From Prevotella sp. UBA2711 (GTDB taxonomy: Bacteria > Bacteroidota > Bacteroidia > Bacteroidales > Bacteroidaceae): a stretch of 64,000 nucleotides of DNA. The notes beneath the pieces are model-generated. The model was not told the origin of the DNA. It saw nothing but the letters and a program-made list of their open reading frames with translations, and ran no database searches. The position numbers were made by a program, and so were the translations under genes. The DNA is taken from NCBI GenBank assembly GCA_002354095.1, contig DEKX01000037.1, forward strand, positions 66,525 to 130,524, in the 5' to 3' direction. Of this stretch, positions 1-10,049 are shown in pieces (within the stretch, counting starts at the first letter, position 1; each line of letters starts with the position of its first letter).

Positions 1-1049
1 CCTGTTTCAATGTCTCTTCCGATAGGCTGAGGCGAATCAAATGAACCAACTTTCCAGTATAATGTATTGTTATTCTCGTGTGAATCGCCTCGTGTCAAAA
101 GATTACCTTGCGCATCTGCGCAAAACCAATCGAAAGTATTGTTAATATTAGCTGGCATCTTGGCATATTCTTCCCATTTTCCTGGAGAAAGCATATTCAT
201 GCGATATATGCGACGTTTACACGATGCATACAGATAATCTCCTGCTTGCTGAATTTTATCGATACGCAAATATGTGCCTCTTTGTGCTTCCTGAACGACA
301 TAAGTTTCCTTGTTTATATTATAATAAGAAACTTTTCCTGTAACAGGACAACGCTTCGCTCCTTCTGAGGAACTGCTCCAAATGGTTCCATCCGAAATCA
401 TAAAGCCTTGATTTTGTTTATCTGGTATTGTACCATCGAGATCATAACTGTAGTTGTACCTTCTTGCTTGTTTTACTACTTTTAATCTTTTAACATCCCA
501 AATTGTCATATTTTCAGTATCACAGTCATAAGCCAATAAGTAATTATCACTGCCAACATACATTTGGCCTCTTTTTGAGGGGAAAAGACTTGCGGAAGTT
601 TCTACAGACTTACCATCATATAGATAAACACCACCGCAATCCCAACTTATACCCGAAGCTACCAACTGAAAGAATAATCTTTCCCCACAAACCTTAATAC
701 TATAAATTCTTGGGCGTGCACCTTCATAAATGCCGGCAATACCTGGTATGATGGTTTTTAAGTCACCCGTTTTCCTGTCAATAGCCATAACCGCATTATT
801 TTCGTTACCTTCAACATAATAGATGTAGTCTTTTGTGACTTGAACACTTCTTACGTCTTTTTCCCAACTATAAATGGCACAATTCTTATTGACCCTAACA
901 ACAGGTTTTGCCACTGTAGTCTTAACTGGTTTTCTGGTTACCTTCTTTTTGCGATTTTGCGCATTAACATTAAGGCAGAAGACTAATACCAGTAAAAGAA
1001 TACTCCAAATTCGAAGCGAAAAATGAATTGAACAATTTATTTTCTTCAT
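1..1049 (-). CDS. Secreted hypothetical protein, beta-propeller-like (partial, runs off left edge; absent from ORF track)
   Basis: Hand translation from ATG at 1049 is stop-free to the window edge (>349 aa): MKKINCSIHFSLRIWSILLLVLVFCLNVNAQNRKKKVTRK... Signal peptide, then beta-strand-rich motifs (YIYYVEG, VMAIDRKTG, MTIWDV). The fold is inference. Confidence 0.8.
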   Translation of the reverse strand, partial: MKKINCSIHFSLRIWSILLLVLVFCLNVNAQNRKKKVTRKPVKTTVAKPVVRVNKNCAIYSWEKDVRSVQVTKDYIYYVEGNENNAVMAIDRKTGDLKTIIPGIAGIYEGARPRIYSIKVCGERLFFQLVASGISWDCGGVYLYDGKSVETSASLFPSKRGQMYVGSDNYLLAYDCDTENMTIWDVKRLKVVKQARRYNYSYDLDGTIPDKQNQGFMISDGTIWSSSSEGAKRCPVTGKVSYYNINKETYVVQEAQRGTYLRIDKIQQAGDYLYASCKRRIYRMNMLSPGKWEEYAKMPANINNTFDWFCADAQGNLLTRGDSHENNNTLYWKVGSFDSPQPIGRDIET

Positions 1050-1105
1050 AGCTGATGAGTTTTGAATTAATTTTTATAAGAATCTCACATACTGACTCAT
1101 TACAA

Positions 1106-1684
1106 TTAATAATAGGTAATAGTTCTTGTCTCAACATTGCCTTTCTGGGTCTTACGCTTTGTCCAGTTGCCTTGGCTGTCGCGCGAGAGGATGGTGAAAA
1201 TGGCTACATTCTTGCCAGAACCACCCATGTCGCCATAGCTGAACGACTCCTTGGTGCATTCACCTTCACTATTATATGAATAGGTGGCAACATCGCGACC
1301 GTCCATATACACAGTAACTAGCTTGGTCAGAAGACCATTATTGTTATAGGTAAACAGTTGACCTGTTTCTTCACCATCGCCCATCTGGATGATGCGACCT
1401 TTGTTGTCACGTTTTACAGAACCGTAGTTAAACCAAGGCTTGTTCCCGTTCTCTGAAGTCCACATTCCATTACGGTCGAAACCCAACTTGCGAGTCTGGT
1501 CTTTGGTAGTCCACACGCATTCCTTTACAGGACCCCGCAAGGCAAAAATACCCAATTCACCTTGAGCATTGAAATTAATAACGATGTTTTTGCTGACAGT
1601 TTTTCTGGCTGTTCCCTTTTTCTTTTGTGCCATTCCTGACAGGCAGAGGATGGCCATCAGGGCAATAAGTGTTACTTTCTTCAT
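1106..1684 (-). CDS. Secreted YD/RHS-repeat-like protein
   Basis: Signal peptide, LRGPVK motif, repeated turn-strand units (YNNNGLL, YNSEGEC, DSQGNWT), C-terminal RTITYY; typical of small Bacteroidota YD-repeat proteins. Confidence 0.65.
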   Translation of the reverse strand: MKKVTLIALMAILCLSGMAQKKKGTARKTVSKNIVINFNAQGELGIFALRGPVKECVWTTKDQTRKLGFDRNGMWTSENGNKPWFNYGSVKRDNKGRIIQMGDGEETGQLFTYNNNGLLTKLVTVYMDGRDVATYSYNSEGECTKESFSYGDMGGSGKNVAIFTILSRDSQGNWTKRKTQKGNVETRTITYY

Positions 1685-1710
1685 AGTTGTATTGTTTAAA
1701 AGATTAGAAA

Positions 1711-3750
1711 TTATTTCTTATATAGTACTACCTGAAGGTTCTTACCGTCGCCCTCAGCATAGCCGGAAACGAGACTTTCGTTGCCACCAAGGTGGAAGCG
1801 CCATTGATTGCCTTGAGCGTCGTTGCCCCAAAAGGTTGTGTTGCCCTCATTGTCATCCTGTGCGTCGCTTTCAAGTTTGATGGTAGCACTAAACTTGACG
1901 TTTCTATAGACGGCACTGAGGCTATTGCCCGTTTTGGTAATAGAGAACTCAATAGGGAAACCTGCCATTTCTCCTTTGTATTCTGAGGTTCCTTCAGGAA
2001 GAATTGCCAACAAACCTGACTTTTCTGAATGGTTGTTTCCTTCCGAAGAGGTTTCTTGCTCTGGTTGTTCCCCTTCTGTTTCCTCAATAGTTTCCTTTAT
2101 AGCAACAGAGAGGGCTTTTGCCGTATAGATTTCCTTACCTACATCTGTAAAATGTGACTCCAATTCAGAGATGGGAATCATCACATCGCCATATCCGTGA
2201 TTAACTGACCAGGCGACTCGGCAACTGTCGTTAACAGCAGGCAGTACGAAGTAACCATCTCCCAAGAAAACAGGCAAATTTCCATGATAGTATTTCTTGA
2301 CGATGGGCTCTAAGGTTTCTGGGGTAATAGATATCATTTCGTCCGTCTGCATGATGTGACCATCAGAGAAACGGATGACGCGGAAATAGGTTTCGGGCGC
2401 GCCATTGAAATAGACACCGTCATCTACTTGGAATACTACACAAGCCTCGTTCTGATAGACACTTTCAATGTAGAGTTGGCAGACAGGAGGTTCTGGAGCT
2501 TCCGACTCTTTCATAAAGTAATCAGCAAATTTCTGATAGCGTTGGTTGCAGTCATCTATAATCTCATGCAAACTACCTTCTTTGGGCGTGCCGACCACTT
2601 CTTCTTTGCACAGCTCAGAGTTGGCAATGATCTCGCGTAATCCTTTCGTAATGTTTTGCTCTCTGTCACTATCGCCTTTGGGAATATCAATCGTTACTTG
2701 ATAGTAACCCTCCATCACCTCATAGGTCTCAAATTCAATGCCCTTATTACCGCCTAACAGCGAAATGAGCCATAAAATGAAAGCAATAACAGCCACACAG
2801 CCTGCTCCGATACCCACTTTTCGTTTGTTTGCAACAGTCCACTCTTTCGCTTTCTCCAGTTTTGGGGTTAACGACTCTTTGAACGAGGCGAAAGCTTTTT
2901 CACCTTGCGCTTTGAGTGCCTGTACACGTTCGTCGGTAGTAGGTATATCTGCCATACGCTGTTCTATCTCGCTGGTATCTGTCAGCGAATCATCTCCAGG
3001 ACCGCCATTCATAATCTTGTACCAGCCAATGAAGGGATAGACAAGAGCAAAAAACATAAATACCAATGCACAGATGATGGCTGCAAAGCCTATAAAACCT
3101 CCAATATACAGAAGCCACGTTGGGTTAGACCCTCCCCTCATCGAACCTACAATCAGCAGAGCAAGCAACCCGAAAATCAGGAAAATGGCAATAGGCATCA
3201 GCATCAACCGGATATTGCATACAGCAGCATAATGCAGTTTCTTGGCACCAACTTGCGACATAGCGCTAAATGCTGGACTCGTCATCAATCCACTAAAGGC
3301 ATTTTTCATTTTGAAATAAGCAACCAGCGTAGCAATCCACACTGCCAGGCTAATCAGCGTGCCCAAGAAGGGAATGCTGAACAGGATTCCGAAAATGGCA
3401 CCTGCTACAAAACAGCAAATCAGAATAATGACTGCTGTACGAACTTTCTGAATATTCTGGGCGGCAAGTGCATTGGTTTGCATAGCAGCAAAACGTGTCA
3501 GGCCTAACAAGTAGAGTACATAACCCACTACAACGGCTACTTTAGCTAAAAAACCCAGTGTATGAATACTAGTGAAAAAAGCCCCCAGTCCATTGTTGCC
3601 ACTAGGCAGAAATTTAGTCACGAACTCAAAGATATAAACAACGTAAGACACATAATCATACAGCACATTGAAGATGCCTGCAACGGCAATTACAATGACT
3701 CCCCAGAAAATCTTTTGGGTGTTTTCTTTCCACGCCACACTTGTTTCCAT
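1711..3750 (-). CDS. Multi-pass membrane protein with extracytoplasmic RsiV/DUF3298-like and C-terminal beta domains
   Basis: About 6 N-terminal hydrophobic helices, a charged linker and one more TM. These are followed by motifs resembling DUF3298 (GVYFNGAP..RFSDGHIMQTDEMI; GDVMIPISELESHF). The domain call is by eye. Confidence 0.55.
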   Translation of the reverse strand: METSVAWKENTQKIFWGVIVIAVAGIFNVLYDYVSYVVYIFEFVTKFLPSGNNGLGAFFTSIHTLGFLAKVAVVVGYVLYLLGLTRFAAMQTNALAAQNIQKVRTAVIILICCFVAGAIFGILFSIPFLGTLISLAVWIATLVAYFKMKNAFSGLMTSPAFSAMSQVGAKKLHYAAVCNIRLMLMPIAIFLIFGLLALLIVGSMRGGSNPTWLLYIGGFIGFAAIICALVFMFFALVYPFIGWYKIMNGGPGDDSLTDTSEIEQRMADIPTTDERVQALKAQGEKAFASFKESLTPKLEKAKEWTVANKRKVGIGAGCVAVIAFILWLISLLGGNKGIEFETYEVMEGYYQVTIDIPKGDSDREQNITKGLREIIANSELCKEEVVGTPKEGSLHEIIDDCNQRYQKFADYFMKESEAPEPPVCQLYIESVYQNEACVVFQVDDGVYFNGAPETYFRVIRFSDGHIMQTDEMISITPETLEPIVKKYYHGNLPVFLGDGYFVLPAVNDSCRVAWSVNHGYGDVMIPISELESHFTDVGKEIYTAKALSVAIKETIEETEGEQPEQETSSEGNNHSEKSGLLAILPEGTSEYKGEMAGFPIEFSITKTGNSLSAVYRNVKFSATIKLESDAQDDNEGNTTFWGNDAQGNQWRFHLGGNESLVSGYAEGDGKNLQVVLYKK

Positions 3751-3897
3751 AGTTTTGTTTTTTAATTATTAGTTATACTGCAAAGATATAAAAAGAAGGC
3801 GATACAGAGAACATTTTTAACAAAAAATAGTGGTTTTCCACTATTTTCTCTTAAATGATTTGGGCTTTTTCGGCAAAAACTATACTTTTGTATGCTG

Positions 3898-4008
3898 ATG
3901 AAAGAACAAATATTGAGACATATTCTGACATCCATGCTACTCTTCCTGACGTTGCAAACTGTGGGGAAGAGAATTAGAGCCGGATACATCCATCCTGCTG
4001 GACAGTAA
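3898..4008 (+). CDS. Possible 36-aa small ORF or truncated signal-peptide remnant
   Basis: MKEQILRHILTSMLLFLTLQTVGKRIRAGYIHPAGQ*, directly behind a TACTTTTG box at 3883-3890. Confidence 0.3.
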   Translation: MKEQILRHILTSMLLFLTLQTVGKRIRAGYIHPAGQ

Positions 4009-4027
4009 TTAGTATCACAAAAGATAA

Positions 4028-4522
4028 CTATTCAAACCTTTCTGCCCATGAAAGGAACTTCTTGACGCCTTCTGAACCGAACTTCTCAAGACTTTTTGCT
4101 GTTTCCGAAACGGTAAGCACCCGGTCAGGATGTGACTTAGAGTAGAACTTATCGGCATAGCAGATAATCTGCTCCTCCAGTGTTTCAGGTTCATAACCAG
4201 GGAGCCCCGTTCCTGTATGGCGCTCAGCTACACGGGCATGGCGGGGAAAGCCTCCCTGACGGAGAATCTCACCTCCGATTGGACCATGTTTCAAATAGGG
4301 CTCGGTGCCATAGCAATAGATACTTGGTGCATCACATCGGAAGATACCAATATCATGTAGCATGGCAGCCTCCTCTACAAAAGAACGGTCCACAGCCAGT
4401 TCTTTGTGTTTGTCACAAATAAGCAAAGCACGGTCGGCCACTTGCCGACTGTGCTTGATGAGGAGACGACGAAGAATGTCGTCTTGAGGATAATATTTAT
4501 CGATAATTGCTTGATAATCCAT
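4028..4522 (-). CDS. HD-domain phosphohydrolase
   Basis: HS..VA, LHDIG, HTGTG and YADKF motifs; start overlaps the upstream stop (TAATG). Confidence 0.85.
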   Translation of the reverse strand: MDYQAIIDKYYPQDDILRRLLIKHSRQVADRALLICDKHKELAVDRSFVEEAAMLHDIGIFRCDAPSIYCYGTEPYLKHGPIGGEILRQGGFPRHARVAERHTGTGLPGYEPETLEEQIICYADKFYSKSHPDRVLTVSETAKSLEKFGSEGVKKFLSWAERFE

Positions 4523-6294
4523 TACTCTGCGCGTTCAATCCATGCCAGATTATCACCACGGCGCACTTTGCTTCCAGGCTTGGCAGCGACCTCAACGAGT
4601 TTACCGCCCAAAGCTGCTGGTATAGGAACGATTTCGCCCCATGGAGCCTGAATATAGCAGAAGGTGTCACCTTCTTTATACTGCTGTCCGATAAATGGTT
4701 CGAGACAGGGTTCGCAAGCCCCCTCGCCAGAGAACTGATAGTAAACCTGACCGGCAATAGGAGCTGTCAGGGCATCGGCTTTGGCATGCTTGAAGGCTGC
4801 CAACTCTTCTGCCGACATCTTACCACCCAGCTTCTCGTCCTTCGCCTTCTGCAGGTCTGCCAGGAAATTCTTCTTAGCCTGTCCGCTCTTATAGTTACGA
4901 TACTGCTCCGGATGCATGGCGAGTTCGAAGAGTTCTTCGTTGTCCTGTCCATACTCCCAACCGTTTTCGTCCATCTCCTTACGGAAATCATCGAGCGCAT
5001 TAGGCAACAACGTATGAGGGTCAACATCTGTAAATTCGCGTCCCTGCTTTTTAGCCAAATCAATAAGTTCCTGATCAATTGTTCCAGGAATCTTACCACT
5101 CTTACCAAGAATCATGCCCCACATAGAGTCGTCCATCATCACGAAACGACCCTTGCCCTGTTCGATGGTAAGCAAGTTCATCAGTGCAATGTTCTTAACA
5201 TATTGTGAGAATGGAGTCACCAATGGGGGATAACCTACGCGAGGCCATACATATTCTACCTCTTGGAACAGTTTAACGAGCATATCGTCAGTAGAGAGCT
5301 CAGGCTCGCCCTTTTTGGCACGGCTCTTGTTGATGACACTATGAATACCGCCCAAGTCTGCCATCATAGAACCCATCATTCCGCCAGGAAGTCCACAACC
5401 CAAAAGCAGTGACGACATGTGTTTGTTGGCAGGATTGATAAAATAGCCAAGCCAATCATCAATGAATTCCTGTGTCAGCGTACGGGCCTGCATATAGGCA
5501 TTCATATTGATGTCTTCCACTTCGAAACCTTCGTTCTTCAGCATCGACTGAACAGAAATGATATCGGGATGCACCTTACCCCAGCTCAGTGGTTCAATGG
5601 CTGTATCAATGATATCAGCGCCATTATTGCAGACTTCGAGGATAGAAGCCATTGAGAGTCCGGGACCAGAATGTCCGTGATACTGGATGATGATGTCGGG
5701 GTGCTTTTCCTTGATACTCTTGGTGAGTGCGCCCAACAGGGCTGGCTGACCAATACCCGCCATGTCTTTCAGACAGATTTCCTCGGCTCCGGCAGCAATC
5801 ACTTCATCGGCAATCTTCGAATAATACTCCACCGTATGCACGGGGGAAGTCGTGATACACAGGGTTGCCTGTGGAATCATGCCAGCCTCTTTGGCCCATT
5901 TGATACTTGGAATAATATTGCGCGTATCATTCAAGCCACAGAAGATACGGGGAATATCCACGCCCTGGGCTTTTTTTACCTTATACATTAATTGGCGTAC
6001 ATCGTCGGGAACAGGATACATACGCAAGGCATTCAAGCCACGATCCAACATGTGGGTCTGGATACCCACCTCATTGAAAGGTTTGCAGAAAGCACGAACC
6101 GCCGCATTAGGGTTTTCACCTGCCAACAGATTCACTTGCTCGAAAGCACCGCCATTGGTTTCAACTCGGGCAAAACATCCCATATCAATAATGACGGGAG
6201 CTATACGCTCCAACTGATCCTTTCGGGGTTGGAATTTTCCACTTGACTGCCACATGTCTCTGTAAACGAGACTGAACTTAATTTTCTTTTTCAT
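4522..6294 (-). CDS. Oxaloacetate decarboxylase alpha / pyruvate carboxylase B-like carboxyltransferase
   Basis: RDMWQS, CLKDMAG, HGHSG and VTPFSQ motifs plus a C-terminal biotinyl-like domain. Start reassigned to MKKKIKF at 6294, below a -7 box at 6329-6336. Confidence 0.85.
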   Translation of the reverse strand: MKKKIKFSLVYRDMWQSSGKFQPRKDQLERIAPVIIDMGCFARVETNGGAFEQVNLLAGENPNAAVRAFCKPFNEVGIQTHMLDRGLNALRMYPVPDDVRQLMYKVKKAQGVDIPRIFCGLNDTRNIIPSIKWAKEAGMIPQATLCITTSPVHTVEYYSKIADEVIAAGAEEICLKDMAGIGQPALLGALTKSIKEKHPDIIIQYHGHSGPGLSMASILEVCNNGADIIDTAIEPLSWGKVHPDIISVQSMLKNEGFEVEDINMNAYMQARTLTQEFIDDWLGYFINPANKHMSSLLLGCGLPGGMMGSMMADLGGIHSVINKSRAKKGEPELSTDDMLVKLFQEVEYVWPRVGYPPLVTPFSQYVKNIALMNLLTIEQGKGRFVMMDDSMWGMILGKSGKIPGTIDQELIDLAKKQGREFTDVDPHTLLPNALDDFRKEMDENGWEYGQDNEELFELAMHPEQYRNYKSGQAKKNFLADLQKAKDEKLGGKMSAEELAAFKHAKADALTAPIAGQVYYQFSGEGACEPCLEPFIGQQYKEGDTFCYIQAPWGEIVPIPAALGGKLVEVAAKPGSKVRRGDNLAWIERAE

Positions 6295-6446
6295 TACGAA
6301 TAGAATCAATATGTTGTTAAATTTTCTGCAAAGGTATGAAATATTTCTCAATTCTCAGTTGTCTAACCGATAAAAAATCGCTTTGCTTGCTAAGAATTCT
6401 CAATTATTTCGTATCTTTGCCGAAAATTTTACGTTTCGTTAGAAAG

Positions 6447-7193
6447 ATGAAGAAAATATTATTTGCCTTTTGGGCCTTGATAAGCGTGATGGCTTGCGGA
6501 GATAAGAGTAAAGCACCTTATAACAAGGAGCAGCCTGTGCAACAGAACGAACCAGGCGACTCGACGCGCTACGGACTGGCCTGCGACGGATGTACCGATT
6601 CCATACTTCTGCTTTTGCCTTTCGATGGTGGCGATCCTGACACCTTCGACATCATCAGCGCATACCAAAACCGCAAAATATACGGCAGACCGCGCATCGG
6701 CGACGAACTGGCAGTTATTCTGAATCCTGAAGACAAGGAGGAGGCACTGATGATTATCAATATCGAACGGCTGAAGGGACAATGGTGCTATCAGGTAATG
6801 CCTACGTTCCGAAACATAGAGAAGATGCCCCAGAAGATGCAACGCCGTATGATGGCACAGATTCCTGACTCTGTGAAACAGCGTCTGCTGGTGCCTTGTG
6901 AATATGGTATTCAACTGAAGCGCGGTCATTTGGCTCAGACGATAGGAAGCTACCGCAACCGTCATTCCGACAGCATGAGTCCTGTGGAATATCCCAAAGT
7001 ACGACGCTATGCCGGATGGAAACTCTTCAACGGGCGATTGGTGTTGGAAACTGATACGGCACGGCTGATTCAAACCGATCAAGCACATAAGCCGGAGTAT
7101 GACACAGCTGATATTGTATCGCTGCGCCGCGACACATTAGTACTCCGTTTCAAGGATCACGAACAGACATACTACCGTAAAAAGGATTCTTAA
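6447..7193 (+). CDS. Lipocalin-like lipoprotein
   Basis: Lipobox VMAC, LKGQW motif and beta-rich C-terminus. Start moved to 6447, downstream of TATCTTTG at 6412-6419. Confidence 0.55.
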   Translation: MKKILFAFWALISVMACGDKSKAPYNKEQPVQQNEPGDSTRYGLACDGCTDSILLLLPFDGGDPDTFDIISAYQNRKIYGRPRIGDELAVILNPEDKEEALMIINIERLKGQWCYQVMPTFRNIEKMPQKMQRRMMAQIPDSVKQRLLVPCEYGIQLKRGHLAQTIGSYRNRHSDSMSPVEYPKVRRYAGWKLFNGRLVLETDTARLIQTDQAHKPEYDTADIVSLRRDTLVLRFKDHEQTYYRKKDS

Positions 7194-7205
7194 ATATTAT
7201 ACGCT

Positions 7206-8876
7206 ATGAAATTAGAAACTATTCATCATCGCATTTCTTGGCTGACACTCTCACTCATGGGAGGATGTATGCTGCTGGCCTCATGCAACAGCAATCAAAA
7301 AGCCACTGCCGAACAGGTGGAGACAGGTATGAAAACTGTAGGTAATCCGTATCTCCCTCTTTGGGAACATATTCCCGATGGCGAGCCTTATGTCTTTGAG
7401 GACCCTGACCAGCCTGGCAAATATCGTGTGTATATTTATGGTTCACACGACTCTCGCATCACCGACTATTGCGGACGCGAACAGGTGGTGTGGTCGGCCT
7501 CGGTCGACAGTCTGAACAACTGGCGCTATGATGGCGAAATACTGGCTGTCAGCAAGAATGCTAAAGGAGAATTTATTAATAAGGACAGTCTGGCTGACGT
7601 GCTCTTTGCGCCAGACGTAACACTGGTAACGGACAAAGATGGCAAGAAGACTTACTACCTCTTCCCCAACGACCAGCATGGCGGACGCAACGGACTGGTG
7701 GCCAAGAGCAATCGCCCTGACGGACCTTTCGAGGTGTGCAACTGGAGCCAAACGGATCCCAATGCCACGGACGGCGTTTTGAAGTTCGATCCCGCGGTGT
7801 TTGTTGACGATGACGGCAAGGTGTATGGCTATTGGGGCTTTGAGCGCTCATACGCAGGTGAATTGGATCCTGCAACCATGGCTACCCTGAAGCCGGGCAC
7901 CAAGGCTATAGAAGACATGATACCAGGCCGTAACCAACCAGGCGATTTCCGTTTCTTCGAGGCTTCCTCTATCCGTAAGATTAAGGATAAATATGTGTTT
8001 ATCTATAGCCGCTGGACCAAGGATGGCGAATTCGGACTTCCCGAGACCAACTATACCCTCGCCTATGCCTATAGCGACAAACCTCTGGGGCCCTGGACCT
8101 ATGGCGGCACCATTATAGACGGACGTGCCCGTGAGAAAGACGAACAGGGAAATGTGATAGCCTCTGGCAATGTATCAGGAAATACCCATGGAAGCATTTG
8201 CGAGATTAACGGACAGTGGTATGTATTCTATCACCGCCAGTCGGGTCTCAACGAATTTGCCCGTCAGGCAATGGTGGCTCCCATTGAAGTGAAAGTGCAG
8301 GAAGGTGCTGGCGGCAAGGTTGAAATCTCTGAAGGCGAATACACTTCTGAAGGTTTTGCCCTCAACGGCCTTGACCCCTTCGAGCGTCACTCTGCCGGTA
8401 TCTGCTGTTGGTACACCGGTCCGAAGGTGGCTGAACACAAGTGGCCAAACAACATCTTTTACGGCTCCTATGTAGAAACCAGCTATGGCACTGACAATAA
8501 GTTTGCCGAGCCTTATTCTCTGAAAAACAACACCAACCTTGTAGTCAATAATACGGCTGGCTCCATTGTGGGCTACAAATACTTCAATTTCGATGCGCTT
8601 AAAGGTCGCAAGGATGTAAAGTTGCTGTTGAAACTGATTCCAGAGGGAGTTGACGGTAAGATAACCATCATGATTGACCGCCCTTGGACATCACAGGGCG
8701 GCAAGGAGATAGGCACCATCGAGCTGAAAGCCGACATGAAACAGGAGCCTACAGAGACGACAACTTCCCTGCCTGCTCTGAGCGAACTGACAGGGAAGCA
8801 TGCGCTGTTCTTCGTCTTCTCGTCTGACACGAAAGAGAAGTCGCTCTGCAAACTCTGTGACTTCGCCTTCGAGTAG
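7206..8876 (+). CDS. GH43 glycoside hydrolase lipoprotein with C-terminal CBM-like domain
   Basis: Lipobox LASC; GH43 motifs FAPDV, FDPAVFVDDDG, FFEASSIRK, NTHGSI. Confidence 0.85.
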   Translation: MKLETIHHRISWLTLSLMGGCMLLASCNSNQKATAEQVETGMKTVGNPYLPLWEHIPDGEPYVFEDPDQPGKYRVYIYGSHDSRITDYCGREQVVWSASVDSLNNWRYDGEILAVSKNAKGEFINKDSLADVLFAPDVTLVTDKDGKKTYYLFPNDQHGGRNGLVAKSNRPDGPFEVCNWSQTDPNATDGVLKFDPAVFVDDDGKVYGYWGFERSYAGELDPATMATLKPGTKAIEDMIPGRNQPGDFRFFEASSIRKIKDKYVFIYSRWTKDGEFGLPETNYTLAYAYSDKPLGPWTYGGTIIDGRAREKDEQGNVIASGNVSGNTHGSICEINGQWYVFYHRQSGLNEFARQAMVAPIEVKVQEGAGGKVEISEGEYTSEGFALNGLDPFERHSAGICCWYTGPKVAEHKWPNNIFYGSYVETSYGTDNKFAEPYSLKNNTNLVVNNTAGSIVGYKYFNFDALKGRKDVKLLLKLIPEGVDGKITIMIDRPWTSQGGKEIGTIELKADMKQEPTETTTSLPALSELTGKHALFFVFSSDTKEKSLCKLCDFAFE

Positions 8877-8890
8877 AAAACTACAGAATG

Positions 8891-9352
8891 TTAGATTACC
8901 TGATGGCTGAGCATCCGTTGCTCAGCCATTTTTTCGTATTTCGTACCTGGCATGCCATAATTGGCATAGGGGTAGATAGAGATTCCGCCACGTGGGGTAA
9001 ACAATCCGATGACCTCTATATATTTAGGTTGCATCAGTTTCACCAGATCTTTCATAATGGTGTTGACACAGTCTTCGTGGAAGTCACCATGATTACGAAA
9101 CGAGAACAGATAGAGTTTCAAGCTCTTCGACTCCACCATTCGCTCGCCGGGGATATACATGATTTTAATCTCAGCGAAGTCAGGCTGCCCCGTAATAGGA
9201 CATAGCGATGTGAACTCCGGACAGTTGAACTGAACCCAATAGTCGTTGTCAGGGTGTTTGTTCTCAAAGGTTTCCAAAACCTCCGGTGCGTAGTCCATCC
9301 GATACTCCGTCTTCTTACCCAGTTGTTGTAAGTGTTCCTGTTCCCTATTCAT
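8891..9352 (-). CDS. queF: preQ0 reductase (preQ1 synthase)
   Basis: [25 protein letters not shown] and FHEDCVN signatures. Confidence 0.97.
   Translation of the reverse strand: MNREQEHLQQLGKKTEYRMDYAPEVLETFENKHPDNDYWVQFNCPEFTSLCPITGQPDFAEIKIMYIPGERMVESKSLKLYLFSFRNHGDFHEDCVNTIMKDLVKLMQPKYIEVIGLFTPRGGISIYPYANYGMPGTKYEKMAEQRMLSHQVI
8903..8934 (+). terminator. Intrinsic terminator of the GH43 transcript, inside the queF 3' end
   Basis: ATGGCTGAGCA-tccgt-TGCTCAGCCAT followed by a T run. Confidence 0.7.
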
Positions 9353-10041
9353 ATTTTCTTAACTTTAAAAATATTATATGAGATGTCGTAGTCATAGACA
9401 TCTTCATGGTCGTGCTCCTTGGTGTATTTCACTACGCGCTTTGTAACGGGCAGTGCTATAACCTCATAAAGCGTTTTCAGCACCACCTGCGTAATCACCA
9501 ATGAAGGCATTTCCTCCCAAGGCAGGATAAACGAGAAGGCCAAGGGGAAGAAGATGATTGAATCAGTCAACTCGCCGAACACCGTGCTCAGTACCGCACG
9601 GGCAGAGAAATACTTACCCTCTGACGAGAGTTTCATGCGACTCATCACATAGGCATTGATAAACGAGCCTGCCAGGAATGCCACAAACGATGCCGCAGCA
9701 ATACGTGGTGCCAGTCCGAAAATGCTATGGAATGCCTCATCACGGTCCCAATAGGGAGCCCCTGGAATCACGTCGGCCAATGCTCCCATAGCCACGAAGA
9801 AGAAATTCATGATGAATCCCATCCAAATCAGCAGACGAGCACGGCGATAACCCCACACTTCACACACCACGTCGTTGATGATGTAGCTGACGGGGAATAC
9901 CAACAAGCCACCAGTGAAATTGGCAATACCAAACGAGATTTGCTTTGTCTCCAACACGTTTGCCGTAATCAGGCAAACGCAGAACAGTGTACAGAAAAGC
10001 ATAAACAGCACACTGACTTTCTGATTGTCTTTTTTTTCCAT
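9349..10041 (-). CDS. yhhQ: Queuosine precursor transporter (YhhQ/VUT family)
   Basis: [34 protein letters not shown]; coupled to queF. Confidence 0.9.
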   Translation of the reverse strand: MEKKDNQKVSVLFMLFCTLFCVCLITANVLETKQISFGIANFTGGLLVFPVSYIINDVVCEVWGYRRARLLIWMGFIMNFFFVAMGALADVIPGAPYWDRDEAFHSIFGLAPRIAAASFVAFLAGSFINAYVMSRMKLSSEGKYFSARAVLSTVFGELTDSIIFFPLAFSFILPWEEMPSLVITQVVLKTLYEVIALPVTKRVVKYTKEHDHEDVYDYDISYNIFKVKKI

Positions 10042-10049
10042 TATTTATT

